A stretch of 64,000 nucleotides of DNA, taken from NCBI RefSeq assembly GCF_033153115.1, contig NW_026889779.1, positions 9,796,001-9,860,000 on the forward strand. Direction: 5' to 3'. Positions 38,464 through 51,473 of this stretch are shown here, one piece after another. Below the pieces are notes generated by a model. It saw nothing but the letters and a program-made list of their open reading frames with translations, searched no databases and had not been told where the DNA came from. Made by a program: the position numbers and the translations under genes. Every line of letters begins with the position of its first letter. Position 1 is the first letter of the stretch. This DNA comes from Saccostrea echinata (Eukaryota).

Positions 38464-39029
38464 AGTATGTAATAAACATAATAAAACCCTTTTCCACATC
38501 ACATTCTTTATCAGCCCGATACATCAATATCAGCCAGAGGGCTGATACAGGATGTGATATGGAAAAGGGTGTATATATATAAATATATGTATTGCTGTGA
38601 GTATTCTCTATATATTACCCGATAAAAAATGTCAAGTACGGTTTTGCCCCTCAAATTTAAATTTGAAACCCCCCCCCCTTTTGGGCTTTGCAAGAATATC
38701 GGTTATGTTATGCCCCTCAGTAGTTCTTTATTCCGAGTACTGGGAGATAATAAGGTGGAACGACCCTGTGGGATAACTTCCCAAGAAAATAATCCTGAAA
38801 TGTGCGATAGTTTGCCTTACCAGAAGTTAAAGACCATTAAATAATGAATATAATGCTAACATTCACGACATATTTTCGTTTGCAAATATTTTTAATAGTT
38901 ATTTTAAAATAATATCAGAGACATAAAAAACTTAAAATACATGTTCCCATTTTTTTTTGGGGGGGGGATGCAAATTGGAAAATTTTAATCTCTTTATAAA
39001 CAACTCAAAAAAGACAGTAATTTATAATG

Positions 39030-39133
39030 CAGGCCCGTAGGAAGCAATTTCACACAACCATACATTTTCAGTTAGTATTCTATATATCGGCAAAATTATG
39101 GGGGGGGGGGGGGGGGGGTTTCCTACGGCCATG
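39030..39133. mobile_element. MITE with 5-bp TSD
   Basis: Ends CAGGCCCGTAGGAA / TTCCTACGGCCATG. TSD TAATG. Same family as 45238-45505. Confidence 0.65.
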
Positions 39134-39334
39134 TAATGTACTTTATGTAGAATTTTTCCCGAGAAAATGTTTTAAAGAAAGATAACCTGGATGATTGACG
39201 TAATTGTTTTTACATGTGATGTTCTGGCATAAAAGCATCTATATGTTTACTAATATGAATTTTATGAGTATGACACTGAATATTAACATTTGTTATACCT
39301 TTAAAAATTGTTTCATATATAATTATATACTAAA

Positions 39335-39671
39335 AAACAAGATGTGTTTGTGAAACACTGATGCCCCCGTATGGCAACTTATAGCAAAGGTTAAACTTTC
39401 TCAAATGCAAATCAGATATCTTGGTACCCAAAGTAAGGTCTTGTCTCGAGGAATATGCAAATATATCAAATATGAAAGCCCTAGCAGCAACCATTGAATA
39501 GATATGGAAAAAGTTAAAGTTTTTCATAAGTAATTCAAACATCAAGGTCAAGGTCAAATGGTCAAAATTAATGGTGCCTAAGGAAAGGCCTTCTCACAAG
39601 AAATATACAGGTGAAATATGAAAGCTGAAGCACCAATCGTTCAAAAGTTATGACCAATGTTAAAGTGTTTC

Positions 39672-39702
<31 letters not shown>

Positions 39703-40466
39703 ATGGATTACAATTTGTTGGTATCCAAAAGAAGGTTTTGTCACAAGGAAAAAAATATTGAATATGAAAGCCCTAGCAACAACTTTTTAAAAGTTGTATC
39801 CAAGGTTAAAGTTTTCGAAAAGAAGGTCAAAGTCCAAGGTCAAGGTCAAAGGGTAAAAGTTGTTTGTATCCAAAGGAAGGTCTTGTCATAAGGATTATAT
39901 ATGTGAAGTATGAAAGTCCTAGCACCAACGGCCAAGGTTAAAGTTTTCCAAAAGTAAGTTAAACTCCGAGGTTAAGGTCAAAGGGTCAAAGTTGTTGGTA
40001 TCCAAAGAAAGGTCTTGTCACAAGCATTATATATTTGAAGTATGAAAGTCCCAGCACTAACGGTTCAAAAGTTATGGCCAAGATTAAAGTTTTCCAAATG
40101 TAGGTCAAACTCCAAGGTCAAAGGGTCAAAGTTATTGGTATCCAAAGAAAGGTCTTGTCACAAGGATTACATATGTGAATTATGAAAGCCCTAGCACCAA
40201 TTGTTCAAAAGTTATGGCCAAGGTTAAAGTTGGGTAAGATTTTACAAAACTGGGTCAAACTCCAAGGTCAAAAGGTCAAATATGGTGGTACACAAAGAAA
40301 GGTCTTGTCACAAGGAATACACATGTGAAATATGAAAGCCATAGCTCCAACCAATCAAAAGTTATGTGCAATGTTAAAGTTTTTGCGGACAAACAGACAG
40401 ACAGACAGACAGACGGACAGGGCAAAAACTATATACCCCCGAATCTTTGATACGGGGGCATAAAAA
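39335..40466 (-). mobile_element. Non-autonomous Helentron-type (HINE-like) element with an internal ~160-bp tandem array, copy 1
   Basis: ATGCCCCCGTAT subterminal inverted repeats, (GACA)n microsatellite, AAGGTCAAGGTCA-containing repeats, terminal GTGTTTGTGAAACAC hairpin, inserted in an A-run. Confidence 0.85.
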
Positions 40467-40691
40467 GTCTAACATTTCCAATGTTTCACTGAGCGGTCAT
40501 AAAAAATTGATGTTTGGCCGCAGAGCGAGATATTGGACATGTCGATGAGATGTTGGACCGCTTACGCCACAGTGTCAGCTGTATTTTATTTGGGTTCGTT
40601 TGGGGTTCGACAGAACTTTACGGAATTGACCAAGTTTAAACCGCAGTGCGGGTAAACAAAATTTACATCATGTTATGTCAAAATAAAAAGT

Positions 40692-40877
40692 AACAAGATG
40701 TGTTTGTGAAACACTGATGCCCCCGTATGGCAACTTATAGCAAAGGTTAAACTTTCTCAAATGCAAATCAAATATCTTGGTACCCAAAGTAAGGGCTTGT
40801 CTCGAGGAATATACCTGTCAAATATGAAAGCCCTAGCAGCAACCATTGAATAGATATGGAAAAGGTTAAAGTGTTTC

Positions 40878-40908
<31 letters not shown>

Positions 40909-41023
40909 ATGGATTACAATTGTTTGTATCCAAAGGAAGGTCTTGGCACAAAAATTACATATGTAAAGTATGAAAGCCCTAGCATCAACGGTTCAAAAGT
41001 TATGGTCAAGGTTAAAGTTTTCC

Positions 41024-41054
<31 letters not shown>

Positions 41055-41664
41055 AAGGGTAAAAGTTGTTTGTATCCAAAGGAAGGTCTTGTCACAAGGA
41101 TTATATATGTGAAGTATGAAAGTCCTAGCACCAACGGCCAAGGTTAAAGTTTTCCAAAAGTAAGTTTAACTCCGAGGTCAAGGTCAAAGGGTCAAAGTTG
41201 TTGGTATCCAAAGAAAGGTCTTGTCACAAGCATTATATATGTGAAGTATGAAAGTCCCAGCACTAACGGTTCAAAAGTTATGGCCAAGATTAAAGTTTTC
41301 CAAATGTAGGTCAAACTCCAAGGTCAAAGGGTCAAAGTTGTTGGTATCCAAAGAAAGGTCTTGTCACAAGGATTACATATGTGAATTATGAAAGCCCTAG
41401 CACCAATTGTTCAAAAGTTATGGCCAAGGTTAAAGTTGGGTAAAATTTTTACAAAACTGGGTCAAACTTCAAGGTCAAGGTCAAAAGGTCAAATATGGTG
41501 GTACAAAAAGAAAGGTCTTGTCACAAGGAATAAATATGTGAAATATGAAAGCCATAGCTCCAACCAATCAAAAGTTATGGGTAATGTCAAAGTTTTTGCG
41601 GACAAACAGACAGACAGACAGACGGACGGACAGGGCAAAAAACTTCGATACGGGGGCATAAAAA
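40692..41664 (-). mobile_element. Non-autonomous Helentron-type element, copy 2
   Basis: Nearly identical termini to copy 1, with fewer internal repeats. Confidence 0.85.
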
Positions 41665-44616
41665 GTATAGCAAAACAAAAAAAATGTATATTGTTATACC
41701 GTTAAAAATTGTTTCCTATATAATTCTATATTTAAAAAAAGTCTAACATTTCCAATGTTTTACTGAGAAGTCATAAAAAAAATCGATGTTTGACCGCAGA
41801 GCGAGATATTGGACCTGTTGATGAGATGTTGGACCGCTTACGTCACAATGTGGCGGGGGTCAGCTGTATCTTATTTGCATTCTTTGGAGTTCGACAGAAC
41901 ATTACGGAATTGACCAAGTTTAAACCGCAGTGCAGGTAAACAAAATTTACATAGTGTTATGTCAAAATAAAAAGTAAAAGGTATAACAAAACATTTATTA
42001 CTAATTTCATGCTATGATGATAAATTATTGCTCTTAATTTCAATTGACTGTCAATTTTCTTCATATTATACATTTAATTAGGAATAAAATTAATTTCTGA
42101 AAAAGTAAGCGTCGCCTCATATTTCATATTTAGTATTTTCCACTTAAATCTAATACTATTGAGTTTTTTCTTTCCTTTCTTTCTTCTCTTTTTTCCCATG
42201 TGAAATATACTAGTAGTCCTTAAGGAATGAAAACGCAACAAAATATAAAATATTACAATATGGCAAAGGAAATTGTAGTTTGTGATCTAAAAGTACATTG
42301 ATTTTCAGGCAAAGAAAGCTTGACCTGATTTACGAGAAAGATATACGTAAATTCTGTTTAAGGAAATACCTTTTGATAAAACACGATATAGATCCATGCC
42401 AAGGTTTTCATATGACCACCTGATCACAGATCACAAGATTTAAGTGCAAGAAGACCGAGCATTCAACTTGTTTTCAACCTATTTAATAACTAAGTCTACT
42501 TCGGAATTTTTTAAGCCTTGAGTTTTGTTTCATAATGACAGAGTTGTTCTACAAGTGTTTCACCATTTTTCATCAAAAGCACACAATCATTTGTAAAATG
42601 TCATGTCCAATAATCCTTTCTCTTTACATGTATATTCGTCTTAAATACATCTAGAAAGAGGGGAGGGATGATACAAAAAGATGCTCGTATATTAGTACCA
42701 GAAATTATGTTTTGTTATTTTGAGATTTGTTTCATTATTAATTTACCATCTTATTTTTTTTTATATTAATATATGTTCAAAAATGATATTTTCAATTATA
42801 ATATTCACAGCTACATTTATTCTTTATTTAAAAAAAAAGCATAAGAGGACCCAACAAACACACACATATATACAGACACACGCACTCATTTGTTTTATTT
42901 TTAACTCGGGTCGTTCTTCTTTTACCCAAAGATGTCAATAATAAGCAGCAAATTCTACAGAATATTTTCTTTTTTACCAATATGGCGTTTACAAGGTTGC
43001 ATTATTAAGAAACCTTGTTCTATATTTGATACAACGTGATTTACATTCAAAATCGTTTTATTCACATTCGAAAATTTGTCACATTGTATTCGTTTTTGTA
43101 AACGTGTGATTCACATTCTAAATTCTCGATAAGTTCTTGAGATTTCATAAAGTTCATATTGTTGACATTCATACTTTACTCTGGAGGGGTACTTCACTCA
43201 GTATTGCTAAAAATGAATATCTCTTTTCTATTGTACATTCTTAAATTCAGCATTTTGGTAGATTTAATTGATTGTTCTTAAATTTAGAATATGTAAAGAC
43301 AGTAATTTAGCAGTATATACGAATATGTATAGTATATACGTATTTACGTATATACGTATTTCTATGTTTTGAGTTAAATTTATTCTGTACAAACAGATGA
43401 AAACATCTAATTCAATTTTTTGTGATATTATATGTAGGGAGAGGGCGAATTCAGTTTTTAGAACGTGTGCTCAATCCCACTGTATATATTTATTGCAATA
43501 AAATATGTCCAAATCATATTTAAATCTTGCGATTTATATTCATATTTGAAAACTTGTTACTTATATGCATACTCTTGAGATTTGTATTCGAGACCAGAGT
43601 GTTCCAAGGAACGCAGTGTCGCCTACTATAGCATTATTAAAGACAAAAATAAAGCTAAAGATTGCTAGTTCAACCCCCCCCCCCCCCTTTCCACCCCCAA
43701 AATATAAATAAAAAAAAAATACACGGATAGTAAGACTGCGAAAAATATGATATTATTAAAGTTAAAATCAATAGAAATTCAAAGCATTACATTCTAAGAT
43801 ATAATGATATCCCTCTCCTGTCTATAAAAACTATTGTATAAATTACAAAGTCGTTCATTTCTTTGAGTACAATTTCATCTCTCTGTTTCAAATGGGAGAT
43901 GGTGATTTAATGTTCTAAAAAGGGGGGGGGGATCCAGGAAAATTAAAAATTACAAGTTTATAACACTGAATAAAACCCTCAAACGATGCACAATGTTCCT
44001 AGATAATATTGTTTATTACTATATGATTGAATTATTACTTTGTCTCTGATTGGCTGAGATCCAACATTGTAGTAAATATTCTACGTTATTCACCTGCACT
44101 AAACCTTCCAGGTGAATATAAGGATTTATTTTTTTCTACATTGGACTATAATTAGATCGGGAAATTCTAAATCGATAGTTTAATGGAAAGCTATTTCACT
44201 TGCACCCGACTTCAACTCAAGTGAACATAATATTCAGGCATATATAATTGGATTGGTAATACTTGAAAGGCTGGTCCCACACTAATGGACCTTAACCCCC
44301 CACCCCCCACACCAAACCCCCGAAACAAAAAATTCTCTTCTTTTTTGTAGGGGCTAGTCAAAGATTTTTTTTCATCTGTCATTTTTTCCCTAATAATGCT
44401 CCCCCCTTTCAAAATTGATCCTATAAAAGAGTCTGAATTTATTCTTTTTAAGTAAATGGATTAAAAAATTTCAAATTAATACGATTGGTAATGTTTATTT
44501 AACCCTGTTTCTCTCATTGAGTTTGCCTAGGATTTCAGCAAATGTAAACAAGTAAGATGGCATGAACTGATTAATGAGTTTGTATCATTTAATCATTGAA
44601 TCGTATGATAAAACAT

Positions 44617-44750
44617 TTTTTTTTCAGTCAATACGATGATTTAAACACCTTCGAAGTACAATATTCACCGTTCGGGCTCGGTGAATATTGTACTCCTCGG
44701 GTGGCTACATCATCGTATTGACTGAAAAACAGCAATAATTGTATAATAAA
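44617..44750. mobile_element. Hairpin element
   Basis: TTCAGTCAATACGATGA...GTACAATATTCACCG / CGGTGAATATTGTAC...TCATCGTATTGACTGAA palindrome ending in GTATAATAAA. Confidence 0.6.
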
Positions 44751-44807
44751 TTGACATTTTTTTTTCCTTTTTGATGTTTGTACTAAGACAAAATTAAGTC
44801 AAATTGA

Positions 44808-45196
44808 TTTGTTTGTTTTTTTTATTTACATCCCTTCGAGAATTTTTCATTCATATTGAGACGCCATCACTTGCTGGTGGAGGGCTGCATATATAGACCT
44901 GTACTCTGCACTTTTGGCCTTTGAGCAGTGACGGATCTAGCTGCAATAATGTAGCCCTCTCCCATTATTTTCCCCTGAAAATATCAGATTAAAAAAATCG
45001 GAGAGGGCTACATTATTGCAGCTATGACGGATCTTTTTCGTGCCAACACCCACTGCGACACGGTACCTCGATTTATACGGTCTACGTTACACCGGTCTCC
45101 GCGTCACACAGTGGATTCAAACCGGGGACGTAAGGATCACCTCCTTATTCCGCGACTCTAGAGCAAACGTTCAACCCACTGCGCCACGCGGACGAC
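44808..45196 (-). mobile_element. tRNA-derived SINE, near full length, interrupted by a MITE
   Basis: tRNA-like head at 45100-45196 (A- and B-box-like), body, and (AAAC)n tail near 44808-44820. Confidence 0.7.
44938..45024. mobile_element. 87-bp MITE with 25-bp perfect TIR and 9-bp TSD
   Basis: TIR TAGCTGCAATAATGTAGCCCTCTCC. TSD TGACGGATC at 44929-44937 and 45025-45033. Confidence 0.9.
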
Positions 45197-45237
45197 TAAA
45201 ATATACTTCTTTTAGTAAGCTCTGGGCAGCTGGCAGT

Positions 45238-45335
45238 CATGGTCGTAGGAACCGGGGCACCCAATAATTTTGCCGTTATATAGATTACTATAGTAAACAT
45301 AGATACTATATGCTTGTGCCCCCTCAATAAAAACG

Positions 45336-45370
<35 letters not shown>

Positions 45371-45505
45371 GCTTGTCAAGGAATTTTTGGTAGTTGATCA
45401 CATTTTTTTTTTGCATGTCAGGAAATTTGTAGTAGTGCCCCCTCAACTGTCAACTGAAAATGTATGGTTGTGCCCCCCAAACTGAATTTGCTTCCTACGG
45501 GCCTG
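45238..45505. mobile_element. MITE with 5-bp TSD
   Basis: Ends CATGGTCGTAGGAA / TTCCTACGGGCCTG. TSD GCAGT. Confidence 0.65.
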
Positions 45506-45639
45506 GCAGTAGCAGTAATCAGTTGGCTGTCGTTTATGGAATTCCGATAGATCACACTACTTTACAATTAGAACTGTTTAGTGTGCACTGTTTAAAGCTT
45601 CCTTAAAAATATGGCAACCTCTACATTTTCTTTGATTAA

Positions 45640-46455
45640 ATGTAAATTACCTGTGACAAGACTTTTTTCAAAATATACCATGATTTGATTTTTTTACCCC
45701 ATGACCTTGAGGTTTGACCTACATTTCAAAAATATTAACATTGGTTATAAATTTTGAATGAAAAGATAGGGCATTCACATTTGACATTTGCATTACCTAT
45801 GACAAAACGTTTCCGAACATGCTATGATTTTTTTACATCTTGACTTTGAAGTTTAACCTAATTTTCACAAATTTTAGCATTGGAGATAACTTGTGAATGA
45901 GAGAAGATAGGCCCTTCATATTTGACAAGTACATTACCTGTGACAAGAAGTTTCCAAATGTGTTATGAAATTTGACCCAGTTACGATGACCTTCAAGTTT
46001 GACCTAATTTTCAAAAATTTTATCATTGCTGCAAACTTTAGAAGAAGAGAAGAGAGGGCATCTATTTTTTGTTATGCATATTACCTGTAACAAGAAGTTT
46101 CCAAATGTACTATATTTTTTAACTCCATGACCTTGACATTTGAAGTTTGACTTAATTTTCAAAAATTTTAACATTGCTGATAACTCTTGAATGAGAGTAC
46201 ATTAGGCATTGTATTTGATAGGTGCATTACCTGTTTCAAGATCTTTCTGAAAAGTACTCTGGTTTTTGACCTCGTGACTTTGACCTTTAAATTTAAGGTA
46301 TAGTCTTTTTCATTTTTTTTACATTGGTCATAACTTTTAACTGAGAAACGATAGGGCTTTCATATTTTGCATGTAAATGTGCATTACCCATAAGAACACC
46401 TTTCAGAAAGGTATATCATTTTTGACTTCATGACCTTGTCCTGTAAGTTTGAAAG
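45640..46455 (+). repeat. Degenerate ~155-160-bp tandem array related to the Helentron internal satellite
   Basis: Recurring CATTACCTGTGACAAGA ... TGACCTTGA ... TTTGACCT motifs, about 5 units. Confidence 0.7.
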
Positions 46456-47221
46456 ACACACAAACAAGACAGTAACAATATGCCATAAATATTGCGTCCC
46501 AACCACCAAGACACCGACCGATGACCATTCTTTGAATTTGCTTGTTATATCTGTTAATAATATTTATTAAGATAACAAACGATGATTGCTATTTATTGCG
46601 TAACAATGAAAAATATTGTTTAAACGAACTTAGTTGTAAAATGATATATAAAATTTTCATTGCTGATAAAGTACAAGATAGGATAAGACCCGGTTTTGGG
46701 TGATTCTAAGAACGATGCAGTAGTTCATCATCAAAAAGCTGTTGTCATCCCTTTTATAAAATGAGTATTGATTCTAAGTGATAAGATACACAGATATTAC
46801 AGGAAAACCACAAAACGTGTCAATTTCTGAATTTTCTCATTTTTATTCAAATTGTTATCAATTTTAAAGCACATTTTGTTTCAGAAAAAAACATAGCACA
46901 GATGAGTCTATCTTTCAAATTTACATATTTCATGCACTAGTATCAGATGCACCTTGTGTATAAAAATCTCAGATAGGCAAGCTTGTGCTCTATGTTTCCC
47001 AAAGTGAGAAACATCTCAAAATTGACGAAATTCCACCGGAATTGAGAAAATTCGGTAAAATATGTCACCCTCTTGTGGCCCCCGCGTTAGATTTGAATCA
47101 AAATAATGATGCATGGTTTTAAAAACAAGCATCATTTAAAGTTCTTAACTTTGTTAATTTTGGGGGTTTTAATTTTTGATATCTTTTTAGTTGAGTTAGT
47201 TTAGGGGTGGGGGGACTCTAC

Positions 47222-47255
<34 letters not shown>

Positions 47256-47779
47256 CCCTACTTCATGCACGTATTTATCCTTACCAACTTGCGAAGGAAT
47301 CAGTGTTTTCTTGTCAAGTGGGGGGTGTTACATGTAGATCATTTTTTTATCCATGTAGATTTAATAATATCACCCCCTCGAAGATCCACGCATGAAGGAA
47401 GGAGAAAAAATATTGATATACATGTATATTAAACTATACTTATTAAGTTGAAATTATTAATTACTACAGTTTTTTTTTATTTGGAACCATTAAAAGTGTG
47501 AGGGTGTAGCTACCTTAAAGACAGACGATACAAACAAAACTCTTTTTTTTTTTTCAAAATTATGAAAATAACAACTTAATTCGTGTTTATATAAGAAAAT
47601 TGAATAATTTTAGCCGCATAAAGATCATTTTTCATTCAAAGTAAAGTCTAGTATTTCTTAATATTTTGAAATATTTGATACATGCATTATTTACAACCAA
47701 ATTAAGTTCAAAAATATATACCCATTCGTGCAGTTTATATAGTTTGTAGCATGTGTCCCTACGCATGTCTCTGAAACAC

Positions 47780-47892
47780 GAGACACAAAATTTGAATCGG
47801 GTTCAGTCTACAGATAATTCAAACTTCAGTGGCGGCGAGGGATATCGAAAATAATTAATTTTATCTAAAATTTTCATTTATCCTCCATCAAG
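47780..47892 (+). promoter_or_regulatory. Candidate promoter/non-coding first exon of the E(z) gene
   Basis: CHR-like TTTGAA (47791), GC-rich GTGGCGGCGA and donor AAG|GTAAAA at 47893. The E(z) ATG exon starts at an acceptor (54158), so an upstream UTR exon is implied. The location is a guess. Confidence 0.3.
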
Positions 47893-48897
47893 GTAAAAAA
47901 CTAAAATTTCAATATGTTAACCAAAATTTTATTTTTCTGTTGACGAAAAATCAAACAACAACTAAAAAGGGGTACTCTTTATGGATTACAGTTGTGGTAC
48001 AGCCCTGTCCTTGCCTTTGTTTTTCTTTATTACAACCATCAGGTCCAGTACAATCAGTACATTTAGCTACGTAGCTAAAATTACCTACCGTAGCTTTATT
48101 TACCTACCTCAGGTAGCTTTATTGAGCTATTTCAAAGCAACTTTTCACAATTTTGCTTTTTATTTTAAAAGACAAAAAGTCGCAAGTAAATGTCTGCTAA
48201 TATTTATTCTAGGTATTATTTAAAAAGCAATCTAAAGCAGGGATAGTTTTAACATTGCTGCGTTTGAACACTTAAGGAAAATATGTATTTTCATTGTTTG
48301 AGTAACTGTACACCACCTTGTGTGCGATGAGGCGTGGATAAATATGATTACTTCACATTGTGCTCAAGTTTAAACTAAAACTGGTTTTCTTTGTTATTTC
48401 ATTCAAGAAGTATCCTGGCGTCATGGGTTTCCGATAGTCTAACAACAACCAAGGTCCGATTTGATTCCCAGTTTTCTCAATGATTTTCAAATCGTATTAT
48501 TTTTTAACCTTAGGCATTGCATTAAAATCACCGACAATAAATCGGCATAAAGTCGTCATCATATGCATTTTCTAGCTATAAATAACATGGATACCATATT
48601 TGACCAATCAAAACGAGCGTCATATGTTTCGATAGTTTGATTCGTCGATATATTTCTTTACTAATGTAAGGTGAACAACTGGGGCAATAATCAAAATAAA
48701 AAGCTATTTTATCGTAAAAATATGTTTAATATATTTAATCATACACACATATCTTAAATTCGCAATTATACAACTATGAATGTATTGAAATTCTACTAAA
48801 TATTTACTAATATTTAGTGTATTGAAATACAATGCTAGCATAATAATAATGCTTGGAAAATGGATGTTTCAGTGAGTAAACCATTTTCTTTAAGTGC

Positions 48898-49262
48898 CAG
48901 GGTTCGAAATTCACTATATACAACTCGCAAAATGCGAGTTAGAATTCCTAAATTGCGAGTTAAAAATTAGGCAACTCGCAAAAACTTGCGAGTTGATTTT
49001 TTTTGCATTGAAACTGTAACAAAATTATATAATATGACAAAACACAATGCTTTTGATTTAAATCAGTAATTTAAATAAAAGTCACACTGTAGTTGTATTT
49101 TTGTGTATTGTACAGTAGTCACTTTTTCCTTAAGTTACATATTTAATTTATATAAATTTAACTTTATATGAAAATTGCGAGTAGTCTTATAAAATTGCGA
49201 GTTCACTTTCTTGGTACTCGCAATTATTTGCGAGTTGTAATTTTAGGGAGTTTCTAACCCTG
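48898..49262. mobile_element. MITE nested in the pogo element, 5-bp TSD
   Basis: TIR CAGGGTTCGAAATTC / GAGTTTCTAACCCTG, subterminal ACTCGCA/TGCGAGT repeats, TSD AGTGC. Confidence 0.85.
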
Positions 49263-49310
49263 AGTGCACAATTGTTTTCAATTGCAATTATATTTTGTAG
49301 ATATTAATAT

Positions 49311-51473
49311 CTATTCACAACATGGACAATTAAATGGTGTGTTTTTTCTTGACAACAGAACAGCTGAACAGTACTGGAGATGAACCCAGTGTCCACATGA
49401 CTCACATTGAGCCCATTTGACAATAGCAATTTCATGCACATTTCTTGACTTCACATAGAAATTTTTACAAACGCAACACTTCTCATTTTCACTCATCTGC
49501 AATTCATGTTCTTCCTCATCTGAGTTTAGAATATAATCATCTGAGTAAGTAAGGTTGATGCAAGATGGTCCAGGCTGTTGAGAGTCCGATGATGCAATAC
49601 ACTTCTTGTTCTTCTTTGGTTCCTGTTTATTTTTGATTGGTTTTCTCACAGTTTTTGTAGTTTTAGAAGTTAATGTGTTGCATGATTTTTTTGGTTTTTT
49701 AGCAGTATTGTTTAAATATTCTCTCATTTTCCCAAGCGTTTCATCCTCAGTTACAGCTTTCCCTCAATTACATGCTTGATATTTCTTCTCTTCTTTTTTA
49801 AGTTTTCAATTTTACATTGAACTTCTCCCCCTTTTTTGAAAAGAAATCTTCATTATTTGATAGGTTACTATCTCCAGTGCAGTTTGTTTGTTTCTCCCTG
49901 CAGGTTGTGTCTGAATTTGCAGGTGTCATTTTTGATGTTGCAAGTTCATTTGCTTCAGTGGCATTTTTTTCTTCAGTTTCAATTTCTAGATTATCTCCTG
50001 TTTCATTTTGGTAGAGGATTGATGGAGTAATTTTTTGCTTTAGTTTTTCTATCATGCTATCGGCTGATTGAAAAGGATGGATGCCAGATTTTGAAAATGC
50101 TGACTGAATATTGGTTGGAGACAAGGCAGCAGTGTAGGCTTTGCAAGCAAGAGCACAAATATCATAACGGGTGACTGTTTTGTGATTCAAACGTGAAAAA
50201 GATAGACATTCGTGATTGTATTTTAGTTGAAAGGGTCCAAAGCAACCTACATCCATTGGTTGCAAAATATGTGAGCAGTGAGGAGGCAGAACAAAAAGAA
50301 TAACATTGTTTTTAGCCCAATCTATTAGATCTAATGAAATGTGGCTTCTATGACCGTCATAAAGGGCAAGTATAGTCGCAGACTGATCTCGACCTTGAAC
50401 ATACTTTAAAAAGTGGTTTTTCATATATGAACGGAAAACTTCCGAGTTTGACAATCCGCTAGGTGTTATCGTTCCATCAGCTCCCTTTCAAAAGTTCCGG
50501 CATCATCCGCTGACCTGGAAAAACAAAGTATGGGGGGATTTGATTTCCTAGTGCATTCCCAGCACCGATTACTGTAATTGTTTTAACTTTTTTCTGATAT
50601 AACAGCTTGTGGATGGTATCCTTTTCCTGCAACTATATTAGGGGGCTTAAACTCAGTATTCATTCCCTTTTCATCGATGTTATATATCAAATGGGGCTTA
50701 TCCTTTAAATTATACTTATCAAGAATTGATTCAAGTTCACTGAAGTATGATCTTATTGAAGTTTCTGATGCACATCTGGCCCTTAATTCCGACAAACTTG
50801 ATGGTTTAACAATTTTAATTCTGGCCATCTGCCCATAAAACTGTAGAACCATTGCATGCTTAAGCATTTTTCTTCCATCCGTTTCTTTCCAAGGTGAATG
50901 GCATAATCTGTTGCCATGGTGAATACTTCTGTCCTTGTATAACCATATCCAACAGAAGCTAATTCTTTGTTTACAAGTTTGGCCTCCTCAAACTGAGACA
51001 GAAGTGGCTCTGGACCAGTTTTTGTACAGTCAATGTTAACCCTATTGTCACCACGATCTCTAAGAGTTGTTAAGGGAACAGCATGTTCCTTAGCTGCCCT
51101 ATATACAGGGACTCCATCTTGTTTCACTGACTGATACGCCCTGACAAGTGCAGATGGGGAATAACAACATTTTCTTTTATTTGTTACTGCCTAAAATATT
51201 ATAAAAAGTGACATTATTCTTGCAAATCATCTAATATTATGACGGTTTTTGGCTTTCCATGCATAGGAAAACTAATAGAGTCACATGATTAATTTCAATA
51301 CCAAAATACCTCACCGGAAGTGTATTTTATCAGATGATGAGCGTCTTTAGATACAGTGCGAAACAAAAGGGTTTTCAGACCATTTTGATGACCACAATTT
51401 TTGATAATAAGAAAATGAGTATTTTTACCACTGATTGCTTTATTTTTATGATATTTACCTTTGCACGCAGCAT
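49311..51473 (-). pseudogene. Frameshifted pogo-type transposase (HTH-psq, CENP-B HTH, DDE_1, C-terminal PHD finger)
   Basis: VYRAAKEHAVPLTTLRDR (psq HTH); WFYSFMGRWPEL; YNIDEKG, LYDGHRSH, LPPHCSHILQPMDVGCF (catalytic Asp motifs); CCVC...WAQCESCGHWVHLQYC...CPCC. Split over at least 4 ORF fragments. Putative first exon MLRAK (51473-51459) and intron 51458-51191. Confidence 0.9.

Larger units (their letters stand above)
36005..38575. mobile_element. Inverted pair of hairpin-capped elements; the second copy is interrupted by a LINE
   Basis: 36070-36245 is the reverse complement of 36790-36990 plus 38464-38500. Both ends carry the CCCTTTTCCA...TGGAAA(A/G)GGG hairpin. Confidence 0.55.

Noticed and set aside
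39330-41705. Short ORFs within the Helentron-type repeats (also 58873-59389 and 60440-60721)
   Set aside because: Chance translations of satellite monomers, with no Rep/helicase motifs.
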